Under the pieces are notes generated by a model that did no database searches, was not told the origin of the DNA, and was given only the letters and a program-made list of their open reading frames with translations. DNA of 64,000 nucleotides. Origin: Piromyces finnis finn (lineage: Eukaryota; Fungi; Neocallimastigomycota). Positions 30,401-42,570 of this stretch are shown piece by piece (within the stretch, counting starts at the first letter, position 1; every line of letters starts with the position of its first letter). The translations under genes and the position numbers were made by a program. The DNA is taken from assembly GCA_002104945.1 (NCBI GenBank), contig MCFH01000019.1, forward strand, positions 124,001-188,000, read 5' to 3'.

Positions 30401-31754
30401 TGATTCGAACAATAAAATTTCAACATATAAAGCTAGACTTGTTGCTAGAGGATACAAACAAAAATACGGAATTGATTATGACAATATCTACTCACCTACA
30501 TTAGACATTGTTTGCATTAGACTCATTCTATCTTTAGCTGCAAAATTTAAATGGAACACCTACCAGCTAGATATTAAGGCCGCGTATTTAAATGCTCCAT
30601 TAGACAAAAATGTTTATGTTTCTATTCCCCAAGGTGATAAAAACTACAATAAAGGTTTCTGGCTTCTTAAGAAATCGTTATATGGATTAAAACAATCAGG
30701 CCGTAATTGGAATATCACTATCTCTGAATTTCTCTCAAAAATTGGATTTACTCAATGCAAATCGGAATCTTGTTTATTTTATAAAACTTTTGATAATTCT
30801 TTAACTTGTTTAATAGGTCTATACGTAGATGACATGATTATTTCTGGCACTAATCAGGAACTTATTAGCACTATATTAAAAATTAAAAATAAATTTTCTA
30901 TTTCAAAATGTGAAACTATTAATTTCATTTTAGGCATTCAGGTTGTACAGAAAAACTTCAGTTACACTATTTCCCAAAAATCATATATTGAAAACATTTT
31001 ATCAAAATATAATTTTAACAATATTAAAAAATCTAAAACCCCTTGTACTGGTGAAAATTATGTTTCTAAGAACAATTCTTTATTCGATAAAACTATCTAC
31101 AAATCGGCTATTGGTTCTTTAATTCACTTAGCTAAATGCACTCGCCCTGACATTGCTTATGCTGTTAATAATGCCGCCAGATATTGTGAAAATCCTACTG
31201 TTAGTGACTGGCATAAAATCATTAATATATTTAAATATCTCAATTTTTCTATGGAATACTCTATCACTTATGATGGATCTGGTGAATTTATTGCTTATTC
31301 TGATGCTGATTTTGGGGGAGACAAAAATGATAGAAAATCTACATCAGGCAATCTAATTTGTATGGGAAATAAACCAATCTTTTGGTCATCAAAGAAACAA
31401 AAAGTAGTTGCTCTTTCAACAGCTGAAGCGGAACTTATAAGTACTTCAGAACTAACAAGAAAAATCTTATGGCTAAGAAACATTTTTAAAGAAATTTTGA
31501 ACAAAAATATAACAATAAAAATATATACAGATAATTTATCCAGCAAAAAGACAATTGAAAATGGACAATTCAACAACAATATGAAACACATAGACTTAAG
31601 AGAACACTTTATCTTTGACGCTTTTAAAAATAATAAAATAATTTTAGAATATATAAAATCTGAAAATATGCTTGCTGATACATTAACCAAAAATACTAAT
31701 GGGCCAAAAATGACTAAATTCACAAACTTAATTTTTAATAAACAAAATAAATAA
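27477..31754 (+). CDS. Copia Gag-Pol polyprotein (1425 aa)
   Basis: CCHC knuckle CHICNMKNHNTSEC, protease WIYDTGASEH, integrase (HNRLGH..CLHC, IHSDV, SDNGKEY, NGIAERFNRT), RT (YVDDM) and RNase H (YSDADF), in copia order PR-INT-RT-RH. Confidence 0.98.
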   Translation: MATEYILSNHGRPLNGDNFSAWKLRITSILTALNLKNYLDQNITTNEIQDPGEILRIQKENAAAVSIILNNIEDKIYPLITDTDTAHELMENLKILFEQDEDVTLQEWMNKLRDMKVKNHKEILSVTSKMMSIFKQMEKKKLPITEQEKIDYLLGCMPKELKIIFISGTTTTANDLYEDIKNKYKLLYHIGKNKEIRNTRSYDEDMMDIDLVNNIMKFNKGNNNNSRISKYCHICNMKNHNTSECGYNTKNKNRYNKYNNNSNNNRRKLYQNNKRNYNRNNINYLNKKEMDEILSNDGLAYINNINNKENNEKSSNSTTWIYDTGASEHITNDKSILRNFVEQKLKMKCANNTTCEFQGFGTYEGKLNNHNITLKRVLYSKDIAQNLISGIKLAQSHINCEIINKNFKPQLIIKYNNKNIFRTHVNKRNNFKIKTQNNNFNDKKIYCINENLSNNIWHNRLGHYYNKNLENFLKSHKIENNECLHCKISKLNRKPHNGIPPKATRRNEVIHSDVMGPLPPSINQYKYILTFIDEATRKGWVFNLKNKSDVTSTTINFIKLINNNYQNEKIKIFKSDNGKEYNNKKLLNFCKRNGIKKEFSPPYNPQNNGIAERFNRTITSCVKTILFWAKLSLNFWEYAVKHAVYIYNMIPHSCISNKIPNEIYFNKKINLNYLKTFGCIAYYKNFNQNKRKFDINSRKGIYLGFNNNTHCFIIMDFYDHNIHLVREAIFIEEKPGNLKIVSGNNPGYSNILKTKISNGTMVYKHDQESNYEEIDTNHYPTIIKIKNNFDNNYNNISEDSYTEEIFQQNNNHENSDDGYTEEIFQDENNLNNYENDVIIQNKKLVTENSNKDNNENISNNNNKRPLSPTEDTHISKYRITNTTEEENISENIVNNTIYNIDNNDKNSECNTLFSINTEVPLTFNDIFKREDWKEWRRAIRNELFNLYNNKVMIFTKNIPENTNVISTKWVFNIKRDSNNKISTYKARLVARGYKQKYGIDYDNIYSPTLDIVCIRLILSLAAKFKWNTYQLDIKAAYLNAPLDKNVYVSIPQGDKNYNKGFWLLKKSLYGLKQSGRNWNITISEFLSKIGFTQCKSESCLFYKTFDNSLTCLIGLYVDDMIISGTNQELISTILKIKNKFSISKCETINFILGIQVVQKNFSYTISQKSYIENILSKYNFNNIKKSKTPCTGENYVSKNNSLFDKTIYKSAIGSLIHLAKCTRPDIAYAVNNAARYCENPTVSDWHKIINIFKYLNFSMEYSITYDGSGEFIAYSDADFGGDKNDRKSTSGNLICMGNKPIFWSSKKQKVVALSTAEAELISTSELTRKILWLRNIFKEILNKNITIKIYTDNLSSKKTIENGQFNNNMKHIDLREHFIFDAFKNNKIILEYIKSENMLADTLTKNTNGPKMTKFTNLIFNKQNK

Positions 31755-32255
31755 TTAAGTTTGAGGGGAAGTGAAAGAATAGAATTTAGCTAGAACTTAA
31801 ATTACTAATAAAAATTTATATTACTAATATTAAACTTTAATTAATAATAAAATTATAATGTAATTACTAATGTAATGTTTCTTAGAATAATCGTAACATA
31901 TAGTATTACTAATTTACATTAGCCACATACTTTAGTATAAAAAGGAATTTGTAAATGTATTATTAAAATCTTTGTAATTACCTTTATTAAATTAAATTTA
32001 ATAAACATAATAAATAAACTTTATTAAACCTAAATTTACTTTTCAAAAATAAATGAAATTAAAATTCTAATTTATTTTTATTCCATAATTCAAAGTTTGA
32101 CTATATGTATTTTTATTTTAGTTCAATAAAATAACTTTAATAAAATATATATAATAATTCAGTATAAATAAATATTTATAAAAATATAATGTATTTAAAT
32201 AATAAGTATATGAAAATAAAATAAAATTTAAATAATAAATAAAACTATTTTAAAC

Positions 32256-32288
<33 letters not shown>

Positions 32289-32712
32289 AAATAATATTTT
32301 AATTTATTTGAGTTTATTAATGTGTATATAATTGTAATTACTTGTCCTAAAAATATTACTCTAAAAAATAACTAGTATTAAGATATTTTAAAAATGCGAT
32401 TTAATATTTGAATGAAATATAAAATATAAAAAATATTTAAATAAAATAGTTTAAGATTCTATAAAGAATTTACAAATTTCAACATTTTTTTTTATTAAAA
32501 ACAAATTACGATATTAATACCATCACGTAATTATAGCTCTAAAATGTAATTAGAAAATTAAAAGTATTAAAAATATCATTAAAAGAGATAACATAGGAGC
32601 ATTTTTTACTAGTTATATATATGTAATATTAAACCTTTGAAACTCATCGAGTTTTAAGAAAAAAGTATAATTAAATTCTAATATTGTATAAGTTTTGAAT
32701 ATTAAAAACAGG

Positions 32713-32727
32713 CGGATATTATATCCG
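32713..32727. promoter_or_regulatory. Palindrome CGGATAT-T-ATATCCG (CGG-N9-CCG); also at 56601-56615 and 58020-58034
   Basis: Three exact copies seen. The function is inferred only. Confidence 0.4.
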
Positions 32728-33254
32728 ATATTTTTTATTAATTTAAAGAAAAATTATATATTATTTTAAAATAAATATATAAATTAAAAAACGAATAAAT
32801 AAATAAATGCTAATATTAATATTATTTATTAACATCTTAAGTTTATTATTTATAGGTATATCAGTTGCTGTATAATAAAAATAAACGAAATCATCCTTAA
32901 CATTGAAAATAAATACCAAATACAAATACCACTGTTCTTGTTTTATTATTTTAATGAAAATAATTTAACTAAAGTAAAAGAGAGCCAAATCTTATTTATT
33001 GAGAGAAAAATAGTAAATATTATAAATTGCTTAGAATTATTAATTAAATTAAATTTATATATATTTATTTAAAGGTAATATCTCATCTAAATCCTTAGAC
33101 TTTTCCTAAATATAAAAATAAAAAATAAAAAAAGCTATTACACACTAGAAGATATAAAAGAATTAAAATAAACTTTCGATTTTTCTTTATTATCTTTTGG
33201 AAAAGTTTTCAAGTAAACAAATAAAAAATAATAAAATATATAAAAACACTTCAA

Positions 33255-33905
33255 ATGAATAATTTTCTTTTAATTATTACTTTCATACTTAATATATCTA
33301 ATATTTTAAGTCAAACTATTAGTAAAGAAGAAGTACTAAAATTAAAAATACAAAATTGTACTTCAAGTAATGACTGTCTAAACGGAGATGACTGTTTTGA
33401 TGGTTTTTGTAATACTCAATATGTTTGTCATAACGATAAATGTATGTTAAAAAAAAAAGAAATGACTTTTGAATATTATATCAAGAAAGATGAATATCAA
33501 TATTCTAATACTACAGAACTAATATTGGAATCCTGCCCGGAAGAAGAAAGAAATAACGAAAAATGTTTTACTCGTTACTGTATCGAAAATAATGATTGTT
33601 ATAGTTACAAATGTGTAAACAATACCTGTATTATTAATGAAGACTTTACAACATATCATTGTTTCTTTGATAATTTCGAAAATAAAATGTTATGTGGAAA
33701 AACATTATATGAAAATTGCAAAAATAATGAAGAATGTTACCCTGGCAGCTGTAATGAACAAAATTTCTGTATTGATAAATCAGTACCATATATATCAAAT
33801 GGTATGAAAAAGGATTTTTTTATATTTATTTTTATAATAATTATTATCCTCATTTTAATTGTAATAGTGTGTCATCGTAAAAATAAAAACAAAACCTTTG
33901 ATTAA
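33255..33905 (+). CDS. Cys-rich secreted/single-pass membrane protein (216 aa), intronless
   Basis: Signal peptide, repeated C-x(4-5)-C-x(4-5)-C modules, C-terminal TM helix FFIFIFIIIIILILIVIVC and a basic tail. Confidence 0.85.
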   Translation: MNNFLLIITFILNISNILSQTISKEEVLKLKIQNCTSSNDCLNGDDCFDGFCNTQYVCHNDKCMLKKKEMTFEYYIKKDEYQYSNTTELILESCPEEERNNEKCFTRYCIENNDCYSYKCVNNTCIINEDFTTYHCFFDNFENKMLCGKTLYENCKNNEECYPGSCNEQNFCIDKSVPYISNGMKKDFFIFIFIIIIILILIVIVCHRKNKNKTFD

Positions 33906-35079
33906 TAAGGTAAATACTACTATAAAACAAAATAAAATTTCGGTTCTAAAATAGCTTGAAAAAAAAAAAAAAAAAACTAATAAAAAAAATACGATAATTG
34001 CAATATAAATAAATAGTTATATTAAAAAAAATACATGAATATGAAAGTAAGGAGTGTTAGTGCTACACTCACAACATATATAATGAAACTTTTGAATTCA
34101 AATTTAATAAAAGATTTTATTATATATACATTTAAAAATTAAAAAAATGATCTAATATAGGATATTTCAATTTTAATGAACCTAATATATTATTTTCATT
34201 ATTATATTCATGTATATAATTTAATTATAATTACTAAAAAATAAAAAATACTTGTTGATGTTAAAAAAAAAAAAAAGATTTTCAATAAAAATACTTTAAG
34301 AGTTTTATTATTTTTAAATTATTGATAAGCAAATAGGGTAATATAAAAAATTAATGCTGATTTTTTTATTTTCTATTCTAAAAAACAATGTAACAATTCT
34401 TTAAAAAAAAGTATATATATATATATATTTTGATAGTAAATATCAAATTAATAATCGTATTAATATTCAAAGGCTCTTTATTGATTTTATTAATCCTATA
34501 ATTTAGTAATAAATATGCTATTATTTAGATAAAATTCTTTTTTTTTTTTAATCAACACAATTATATATATATTATAAATAAGTAATAAAAAATGGCTGTA
34601 TATAATAAATCATAACCTTCTTTGAACCTATTATTATATTAGTAATATTAAATTTCTATAATGTATAAGAATGTAAATGTAAATGTATGACGAATGTAAG
34701 AACATGTAATGTAAAAGAATACAATAGATGTATAATCCATATAATTCCAGCCTTATCATTGGACAACTAATTATTAAGTAGGCCTCATTAGAATAAATAG
34801 TTTAAGGAATAAGGAGGCTTCTTGTTTTTAGAAAAAGTTTTAATAGTTTACAGCGACAGAATTAGTTTATTTATAATTTATTATATTAGATGAATATATT
34901 TTTATTATTATAAATTAGTTTCATATCAAAAATATGATTAATACATTAATGTACTAAATAAAGTATATATATAATAATTGTAAATACCATGATTTTTACA
35001 TTCAATGCAATAGTGATTGATCCATTTAAAACCTTTTTCATTACAAAGATTTTATTACTAATTACAATTTTGTTTATTA

Positions 35080-35556
35080 CTAATTACATTTTTTAATTTT
35101 TGTTGTATTCTCATCAGTTTCATCATTTAAAAGCTATTTAATATTATTTACAATAATTTCTAACATTTCATTATTTGAAGGAAGTTTGAAAGAAAAAAAG
35201 AAATTTAACGTTGTTTAGTCCTGATACTTTTTTATTTTAGTATTTATATAATCATCTAAATATTTTCCTTGAAAGACTTTTAAATTTATATTCTTTATTT
35301 TATCAGATATGTCAGGTGGTGTGGGTCTCTAATTATGATTACCTTTTTCAAATCTTAATATTTTAGTTATGAAATCTACACCTAGTGTAGGAATAACATC
35401 AATTACACTAATAGCCTTATTATTAATAGTTCCTAACTCTAAACAATTGTTACTGATAATATTACTATTATTATCTACAACAAATTTAAAATTTCTAATA
35501 TTATTATATGTATCGAAAATATTGTTGGTTAATAAATATCCATCACTATCTGTCTA
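35080..35556 (-). pseudogene. Decayed intronless ORF fragment of unknown function
   Basis: One frame of about 155 codons (TDSDGYLLTNNIFDTYNNIRNFKFVVD...PTLGVDFITKILRFEKGNHN*RPTPPDISDK...), with no frameshift and only TAG/TAA interruptions. Confidence 0.6.
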
Positions 35557-36974
35557 CACTTAAAGATGCTAATTTCTAGGCATCATGCTTATGAGCGGAA
35601 ATTAAAGATGCTAATTATTCGTCATTATGATTATTAGCGGATGAATAAACTTTTGTTACTACTACTAATAATAATGTAACAAAAGTTACAAATAACATAA
35701 TGATTTTTGAAATTAGTATTAATGATATCCAATATTATAACATTAGGAGGAGAATTTGTAAAATTCTTATTCATACAATAAAATAGAAAAAAGTTTAAAT
35801 AAAAAGATTTGTGATAAGAACGATTTATCTATAATAATAAATTCAATCTTGTCAAAAGAAATAATAATGAAAATAATACGGATATATGTATTAAAGAATA
35901 ATTTACTGAATATTATTAAAATCTCTTAAAATGTATTCCATTGACTTATATTAATCCCTCTTATAAACCATAAGTAATGACTTTTTAGAAATCAAAATGT
36001 AAACATTATTACTCATGTTGGAAGATCAATTAGTGGAAGTGATACAAAATATACATTTAATTATCCATTTGAATTTGAATGATATAAAACTTAAAAAAAA
36101 ATAGAATTAAATAATAAATGAATCTATAGTAAATTAAATATTTACTATATATATATGAAAATTTTACTAATTACAAAATAATTAAATAGCTATTTAATAT
36201 TTAGTAATAATAAATTCGTAAATTTAATTGATTCTGTTTAAATAATTATTTAATAATTTTAATAATTTAGTAAATATTATTGAATTGCGTAACCCTAGAT
36301 TGAAGAAAAAAAATTGGTTAAGATCTAATAAATGGAAAAAATAATAATAGTATTGATATAGAGAATTCTATATATACAAAAATTAAAATAAATATTTATT
36401 ATGGGGTACCATTCTTGATGATCATTATGTTTCATATAAACAAAATTAGTCCATTTTGAAATCATTCACTAAATATCCAACACTATTACAAAGCTAATTT
36501 AATTTTTTTAAATTAGCTTTATTATTAGTGCGGAAATAAATCCGTAAATTTTTGAAAATTATAATAGTAGATAGTAAAAGAAGTTGTAAATTATCAGGAA
36601 TAAAATGAAAAAATGTTGATATCAACATAACAATATATTATACAAAAATAAATACAAAAATATAAAATAAAGATGGAAAAGCTATTTCAGTTTCATAACA
36701 GTTAGATGAACTCTATAATTACGTTGATCTTGAATAATATAACTATTGTTTGTATATCTAAAGGCTTTATTTCTATTGTTGAAATTACTATTTTCCATAT
36801 TTAGGGTATAATAGAGTTTAAGATACTTTTTTCAAGTCAAATAATACTTATTATTTAATATATTTGAATATTAATTATATTCAATTTCAAATAATTAAAC
36901 TTAAATAATAAACACAAACAAATCAAGATTAATATCTTAATTTTTTATTGCTTATTTCTTTTTTTTTTTTTTTT

Positions 36975-39467
36975 AATTTATAATTGTTATATTTATTTAA
37001 TTTTATTTTATTTTTAGATACATATTATTCAAATACATTGTATTTTTATAAGTATTTATTTATATTTATTTATACTAAATTATTATATATATTTTTATTA
37101 AAGTTTTTTTATTGATCTAAAATAAAAATACATATTGACAAACTTTGAATTACAGAGTATAAATAAATTAGAATTTTAATTTCTTTTATTTTATTAGTAA
37201 TAAAATGTTTGCTAATTAACTAATAAATAAAAGTAATGAATATAAAGGTATTTATCTTTATTAGAGTATTGTTATATATATATAATAATTTTAAGCACTT
37301 TTAGATTACTTTAATCATCATACTTTTTTCTCATAAATTTATTAGTTATACAAAGTTATTAATTTTGTTCTTTTTTTATTATTAATTTTTAAGATACTTT
37401 TTTTATATTATTGTAATTCCAAATAGTATTCAATTTATAATCTTTTAAAATATCAATTGTCAAAAAAAGATTCTAACCTAAGTTTTTTCTTCTTCTTTGG
37501 CAAGGTAGTTAGTATAGAACATCTAAGAGAATACCATAATAACTTTATTGAACTGGATTTATTCAACAATTATTTTATATTTAAAGATTAATATAACAAT
37601 ACTAGAATACTAGAATATTTTTATTATATTAATAATGTAGAAAAGTTTTTTTTTATTTAACTAGACAGCTTTAATTATTTTAGTTATATAGAAAGAAGAA
37701 AAGTATAATAATTAAATATTTGCTGCATCTGTCTAAATAAGTAGTTAAAAAAGTATTTTATATATAAATCATAATAAGTAGCATGAAAAATTGCTGTACA
37801 TGTCTAATACTAGACATGTTTTTTGCTTTTTTTTTTAGAAAATTTTGTATTTTTTTCTTTTCATCATAAAAATGATGAAGATAAAAACTGATGTTTAAAA
37901 AAAATTTTTTAATTCATTTTTCTTCTTTTTATACTTTTTTTATATTAATAATAAAAATAGTTTGGCAGAAGGAAAGTTTATATTTTACAAAAAATAAAAA
38001 TAATATGAATTACAAAATGTGGTGAATGTTAAAATATTAAATTTTTTGCGGATTTTACTTGTGGATGCGCTTTTTAATGATTAATTTAAAATTTTATAAA
38101 TTAATAAAAATTTTAAATTTTTAATTTTACCACATTTTTAATTGTTAAATTGTTAATTAACCACAAAATATTATTAAATTTGAATTGTTTAAATTTTAAA
38201 AAGTTTATTAATTAAATGATAAAAAGAATACGATGAATTATCTTTCTCAATAATAAATATTAAAAGTAATAAAACACTAAAAACATTAAAAATAATAAAA
38301 ATAATAAAAATAATTATAAAAGATATTATAAAGTGGCTAATGATAATTTTATTAAGTAGTTTAATTTGATAATAAGTTGTAAGTTTATGTAAACTATGGG
38401 TTATTATGAATATTTTGATATTTATATATTACATATATATAACAAAAAAAATAGTATAAAAAGGAGAAAAGTGAATTAAGAAAACTTTTTAAACATCAGT
38501 TTTTATCTTCATCATTTTTATGATGAAAAGAAAAAAGTACAAAATTTTCTAAAAAAATAAAGCAAAAAACATGTCTAGTATTAGACATGCACAGCAATTT
38601 TTCATGCTACTTATTATGATTTATATATAAAATTCTTTTTTAATTACTTATTTAGACAGATACAGCAAATATTTAATTATTATACTTTTCTTCTTTCTAT
38701 ATAACTAAAATAATTAAAGCTGTCTAGTTAAATAAAAAAAACTTTTCTACTTCTACATTGTTAATATAATAAAAATAATCTAGTATTCTAGTATTATTAT
38801 ATTAATTAATAAACATTTAATAAATTTGATTATTGAATAAATTCAATTCAATAAAGCTATTATGGTATTCTCTTAGATGTTCTATCCTAACTACCTAGCC
38901 AATGAAGAAAAAAATGTAAATGTAAATTAAACTTCAAAACATTTATAGAATCTTCCAAAAAGATAATGACCCCATACTACTCTAAATAGTTGAAAATATA
39001 TATTTTAAGTATTAATGAAGAAAAAGAAGATAAGAAAAATGGAATAAACAAAAAGATTAAATCTATGAAATAATAATTGATAATAAATTAAAGATTAAAT
39101 TCTATGAAAACTAAATTACTGAAAAATATTTATAATTATTAAATATTTATTGATATTTATTTATATAATAATACTATAAATATAATGGTTAAATTTCTAT
39201 GTATTCATAATATTTTTTATTTATTAGTAAATTAGTAAACATTATATTACTAATGTAATAAATGAAATTAAAATTCTAATTTATTTTTACTCTATAATAC
39301 AAAGTGTGTCTATATGTGTTTTTATTTTAGTTTAATAAAATAACTTTAATAAAAATATATATAATAATTCAGTATAAATAAATATAAATAAATACTTATA
39401 ACAATACAATGTATTTGAATAATATGTATCTGAAAATAAAATAAGATTTAAATAATAAATAAAACTA
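36975..39467. mobile_element. Foldback element copy D (core -)
   Basis: Same motifs and core, with GTGGATGCGC at 38061. Its right end abuts and truncates the ORF on the - strand. Confidence 0.85.
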
Positions 39468-41133
39468 GCATACATTGAATTTAATTTATCTAAATCTACT
39501 TTAGCATTATTAAGCTTATTCAAAAGATTATGTGTATCTACATATAGTTTTCCTAAATTATTTTGCAAATGGTTTAATAACCAATGATTTGGATTACTTA
39601 ATGGAATATCTACCAACTTTTCATTTTCAATAGTATTAGCTAATTCTTCTAAATGAGTGTTTAAGTTTAGATTCTTACCTGGATTTAATATGTTTAATTT
39701 TCCTGAAACTGTTAAATCATTCTGTGCTAAATTTTTAGCAATTCCTCGTCTGTTATTTTCTGAATTTGTAAAACGATATCCTTCAATATCATTTAATTTC
39801 CCTGAATTTCCAAATTCAATTTTATTTACTTGAGGTACATGAATTTCTTCATCTCTATTTCTTAAAACAAATTCGCATTTAACTAATAAATCTATATTAT
39901 CAACCTTAACATATCCATTATTATTAAGTTTATCAGAAAATGGAAAATGTGATTCTCTATTGTAAAACTTATTATCATGTATTGCTTCGTAATTTAATTT
40001 TCGATTATTTATAACTTTATGGATTTTATTTTTTATATCATTATCTAAAGAATCGTTATTGTCAATTAAAATTAAAACTCTATCAATATCATCATTATCA
40101 AGAATTTCATTCTGTGTTTGCAGATAATTATACAAAGTAGTTTTCTCATCATCTGATATTTTTTCCTTATTTGAATGTTTATTTATTACTTTCACTAATA
40201 TTTTTCCTATTTCATCACTGTTATTTTGTTTCTTAAATTTTGTTTGCTTAGATTCTAAAACACTCATGATTTCCTTTTTAATACTTTTCTCAATATCCGC
40301 ATTATTGTTTAAGCCAGATTTTGCTTCATCCATTAACACATTTACAGAATTTTAAAAAAAATAGCTAGATTATCTCTGAATTTGTTGTTCTGTTAAATGA
40401 TCTATATTTTTATCTTTTAAGTATCCTCTAATTTCATCTTCAATTGGAATATATATATCATCGTAAAAAGCACTTCCGTTGGGATTTTCCTTAATTTCTT
40501 TACGTTTCTTATCATTAATATTTCTTGCATCATCTATTTTACGCTCTGCTATTTTATAAATTTTATTAGAAAAATCATCAATTTGAAAATTATAATCTTT
40601 ATATAAAGTAATATGATTGTAATAATATAATACTTTTTCACTATAACTTTCATCATGTTCATAAATACTGTTAACTTCTTTCACTGTAATTGCTCTTATT
40701 ACTTTATCATTCTTTACATTATTTACAATTAAATGATATCTCGGATTATGATCTAATGAACCAATATCATCACTGGTAGTTTTATCTATTGAAATTTGAA
40801 TTTCTTTATAAATTCTAGAGTTAAGTTTATCTTCTTTAACATCATCAAAAATACTTTTATAACTTTGTTCATTTCTACAAAATTCAATAAAATCATTTAT
40901 TAAATCTTTACTAACATTTGGATAATTATCAATATCAGGATTTTTGCTTTTATCATATTGATTTGCTGTTGGTAAATCTATTTCCATATAATCTTCACTC
41001 TTAACAGCCGCAACAAAATCAGTAATAAAATTGTTTAATTCATTTTTATCAGATGTAATAATTATTGGATATACATATATATCGTTATTATTCTCATTAT
41101 TAATTCCTAATATTTTTACAAATATCAGGAATT
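39468..41133 (-). pseudogene. Disrupted intronless Asn/Lys/Asp-rich ORF (about 550 codons), 3'-truncated by foldback D
   Basis: Track ORFs 40370..40987 and 39332..40339 are in the same frame, separated by two TAA codons (QR*SSYFF*NSVNVLMDE). The frame is open upstream to about 41133. The last ~45 aa of the track ORF are foldback sequence. Confidence 0.65.
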
Positions 41134-41800
41134 AACGATAACTATGATATCATTCAAGTATGAAGTCACTAAACCTGTTTTATATATACTGAAATATATT
41201 AAATACAAAAATAATTTAAATATTCATAACTATTTTGATTAGAACGCACCAATATAATATTAATATATTCCATAATTCTATATTTAATGTGAAATATATG
41301 TATATAACTATTTCTTATAGTTATATTATTTATACTCTTCTTTTAATATATATATTATAATACTTTCTTTTTGAAATATTACTTTTACATTTAAATATTT
41401 CTTTAACATATATATCTATCCTTTAGATATTTGCATTTATTTACAACAAAGTTTAAATATCTGTTTCATATTATTTCTTCAATATATATATCAATTATTT
41501 AATAATCATAATTATCCTTAATTTCTGTTTCTCTTTTAAATCTTTTTAATAGCAGCAAGTACTTTATCATTTTTATTTTAATAAAAGTTTAATTTGCTAT
41601 ATAGTTTTATATACTTAATAGTATTTTAATCAGTCATGATTTATACTTCTTCATTATAGATAAATAAAATAAATGTTGAAGAATAGTTATTTTATTGATA
41701 TTAATATACTTGTTAAAATTTTTCTTTTCAATATAATATTTATATTTATTAAATAATAATAATAATAATAATTAATAATATTTACAAAATATTAGAAATT

Positions 41801-42570
41801 TTAATCTTTTATTTTTCTATTTTTATTTTTTATTATTAATTTAATACAAAAACCTAAACATAAAATAATAAAAATAAATATAATTGCAATAGTTAAGAAA
41901 AGTAATTTAGCAAAAACTGTAACAAAATCACTATCTGAAGGTCTACTTGGTATTCCACAATAACTATATCCTAAATACTTTAAACATTCTTTTGACGCAC
42001 ATTCTCTTTTCCTTTTACATACATCACCTATTGCTTTACCACAATGTCTATATGAACGTCTACCAAAAATTGAATTAATATAAACATCAGTACAAAATTC
42101 AGTTGGATTTTCTTCATTATAAATACACATACCATCAATACACTTATTAGTTAAACATTGCGAATCTGAATTACATTTATATGAAATAAAAATCTTACAT
42201 TCTTCTTTTTCATTGTTATAAGAAACACATATTCTATTTGAACATTCATTTAATTTTAATTTTTGATAAGTACAAGCACTACTAATATATCTTTTTATAT
42301 TACCTTTATCATCTGGAATTTCAACAAATTGCTTTAAAAAATTAGTATTTACTTCGGTACAAATATCATTTTTACAAAAATAGCTAATATAAAAATTTTT
42401 AAGTTTTAAAACCTCAGTTTTATTTAAAACTTTATTTTTATCAATATATATATATAACTTGAATGTTTATTATAATCAGTAATATTATTATATGTGTAAA
42501 TTAAATTACAATAAATGATCTGAATATTAATAATACTATAAATAAAATAAATTAATGATTTTTGATACAT
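41801..42570 (-). pseudogene. Cys-rich single-pass membrane protein (same family as 33255..33905) with a 2-nt frameshift in an (AT)n tract
   Basis: ATG at 42570 gives MYQKSLIYFIYSIINIQIIYC... The downstream frame reads IDKNKVLNKTEVLKLK...YFCKNDIC...CNSDSQCLTNKCIDG and joins track ORF 41801..42130. The offset of 440 nt is 2 mod 3, and the shift lies in TATATATATATA near 42445-42456. Confidence 0.8.

Larger units (their letters stand above)
27189..32045 (+). mobile_element. Full-length, apparently intact Ty1/copia LTR retrotransposon
   Basis: 274-bp LTRs at 27189-27462 and 31772-32045 (TG...CA, no differences seen), 5-bp TSD AAAAT (27184-27188 and 32046-32050), PPT GAGGGGAAG at 31763-31771, and a single gag-pol ORF. 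Confidence 0.98.
24889..32249. mobile_element. Foldback element copy C (core +), interrupted by the copia insertion
   Basis: Terminal AATAGTTTTATTT (24889) is the inverse of AAATAAAACTATT (ending 32249). Removing the copia element plus one TSD leaves about 2.5 kb, near-identical to copy F. Confidence 0.85.

Noticed and set aside
28547-31723. Antisense and alternate-frame ORFs inside copia pol (similar ones overlap the CotH, CBM18 and 572-aa genes)
   Set aside because: Shadow ORFs of genuine coding frames.
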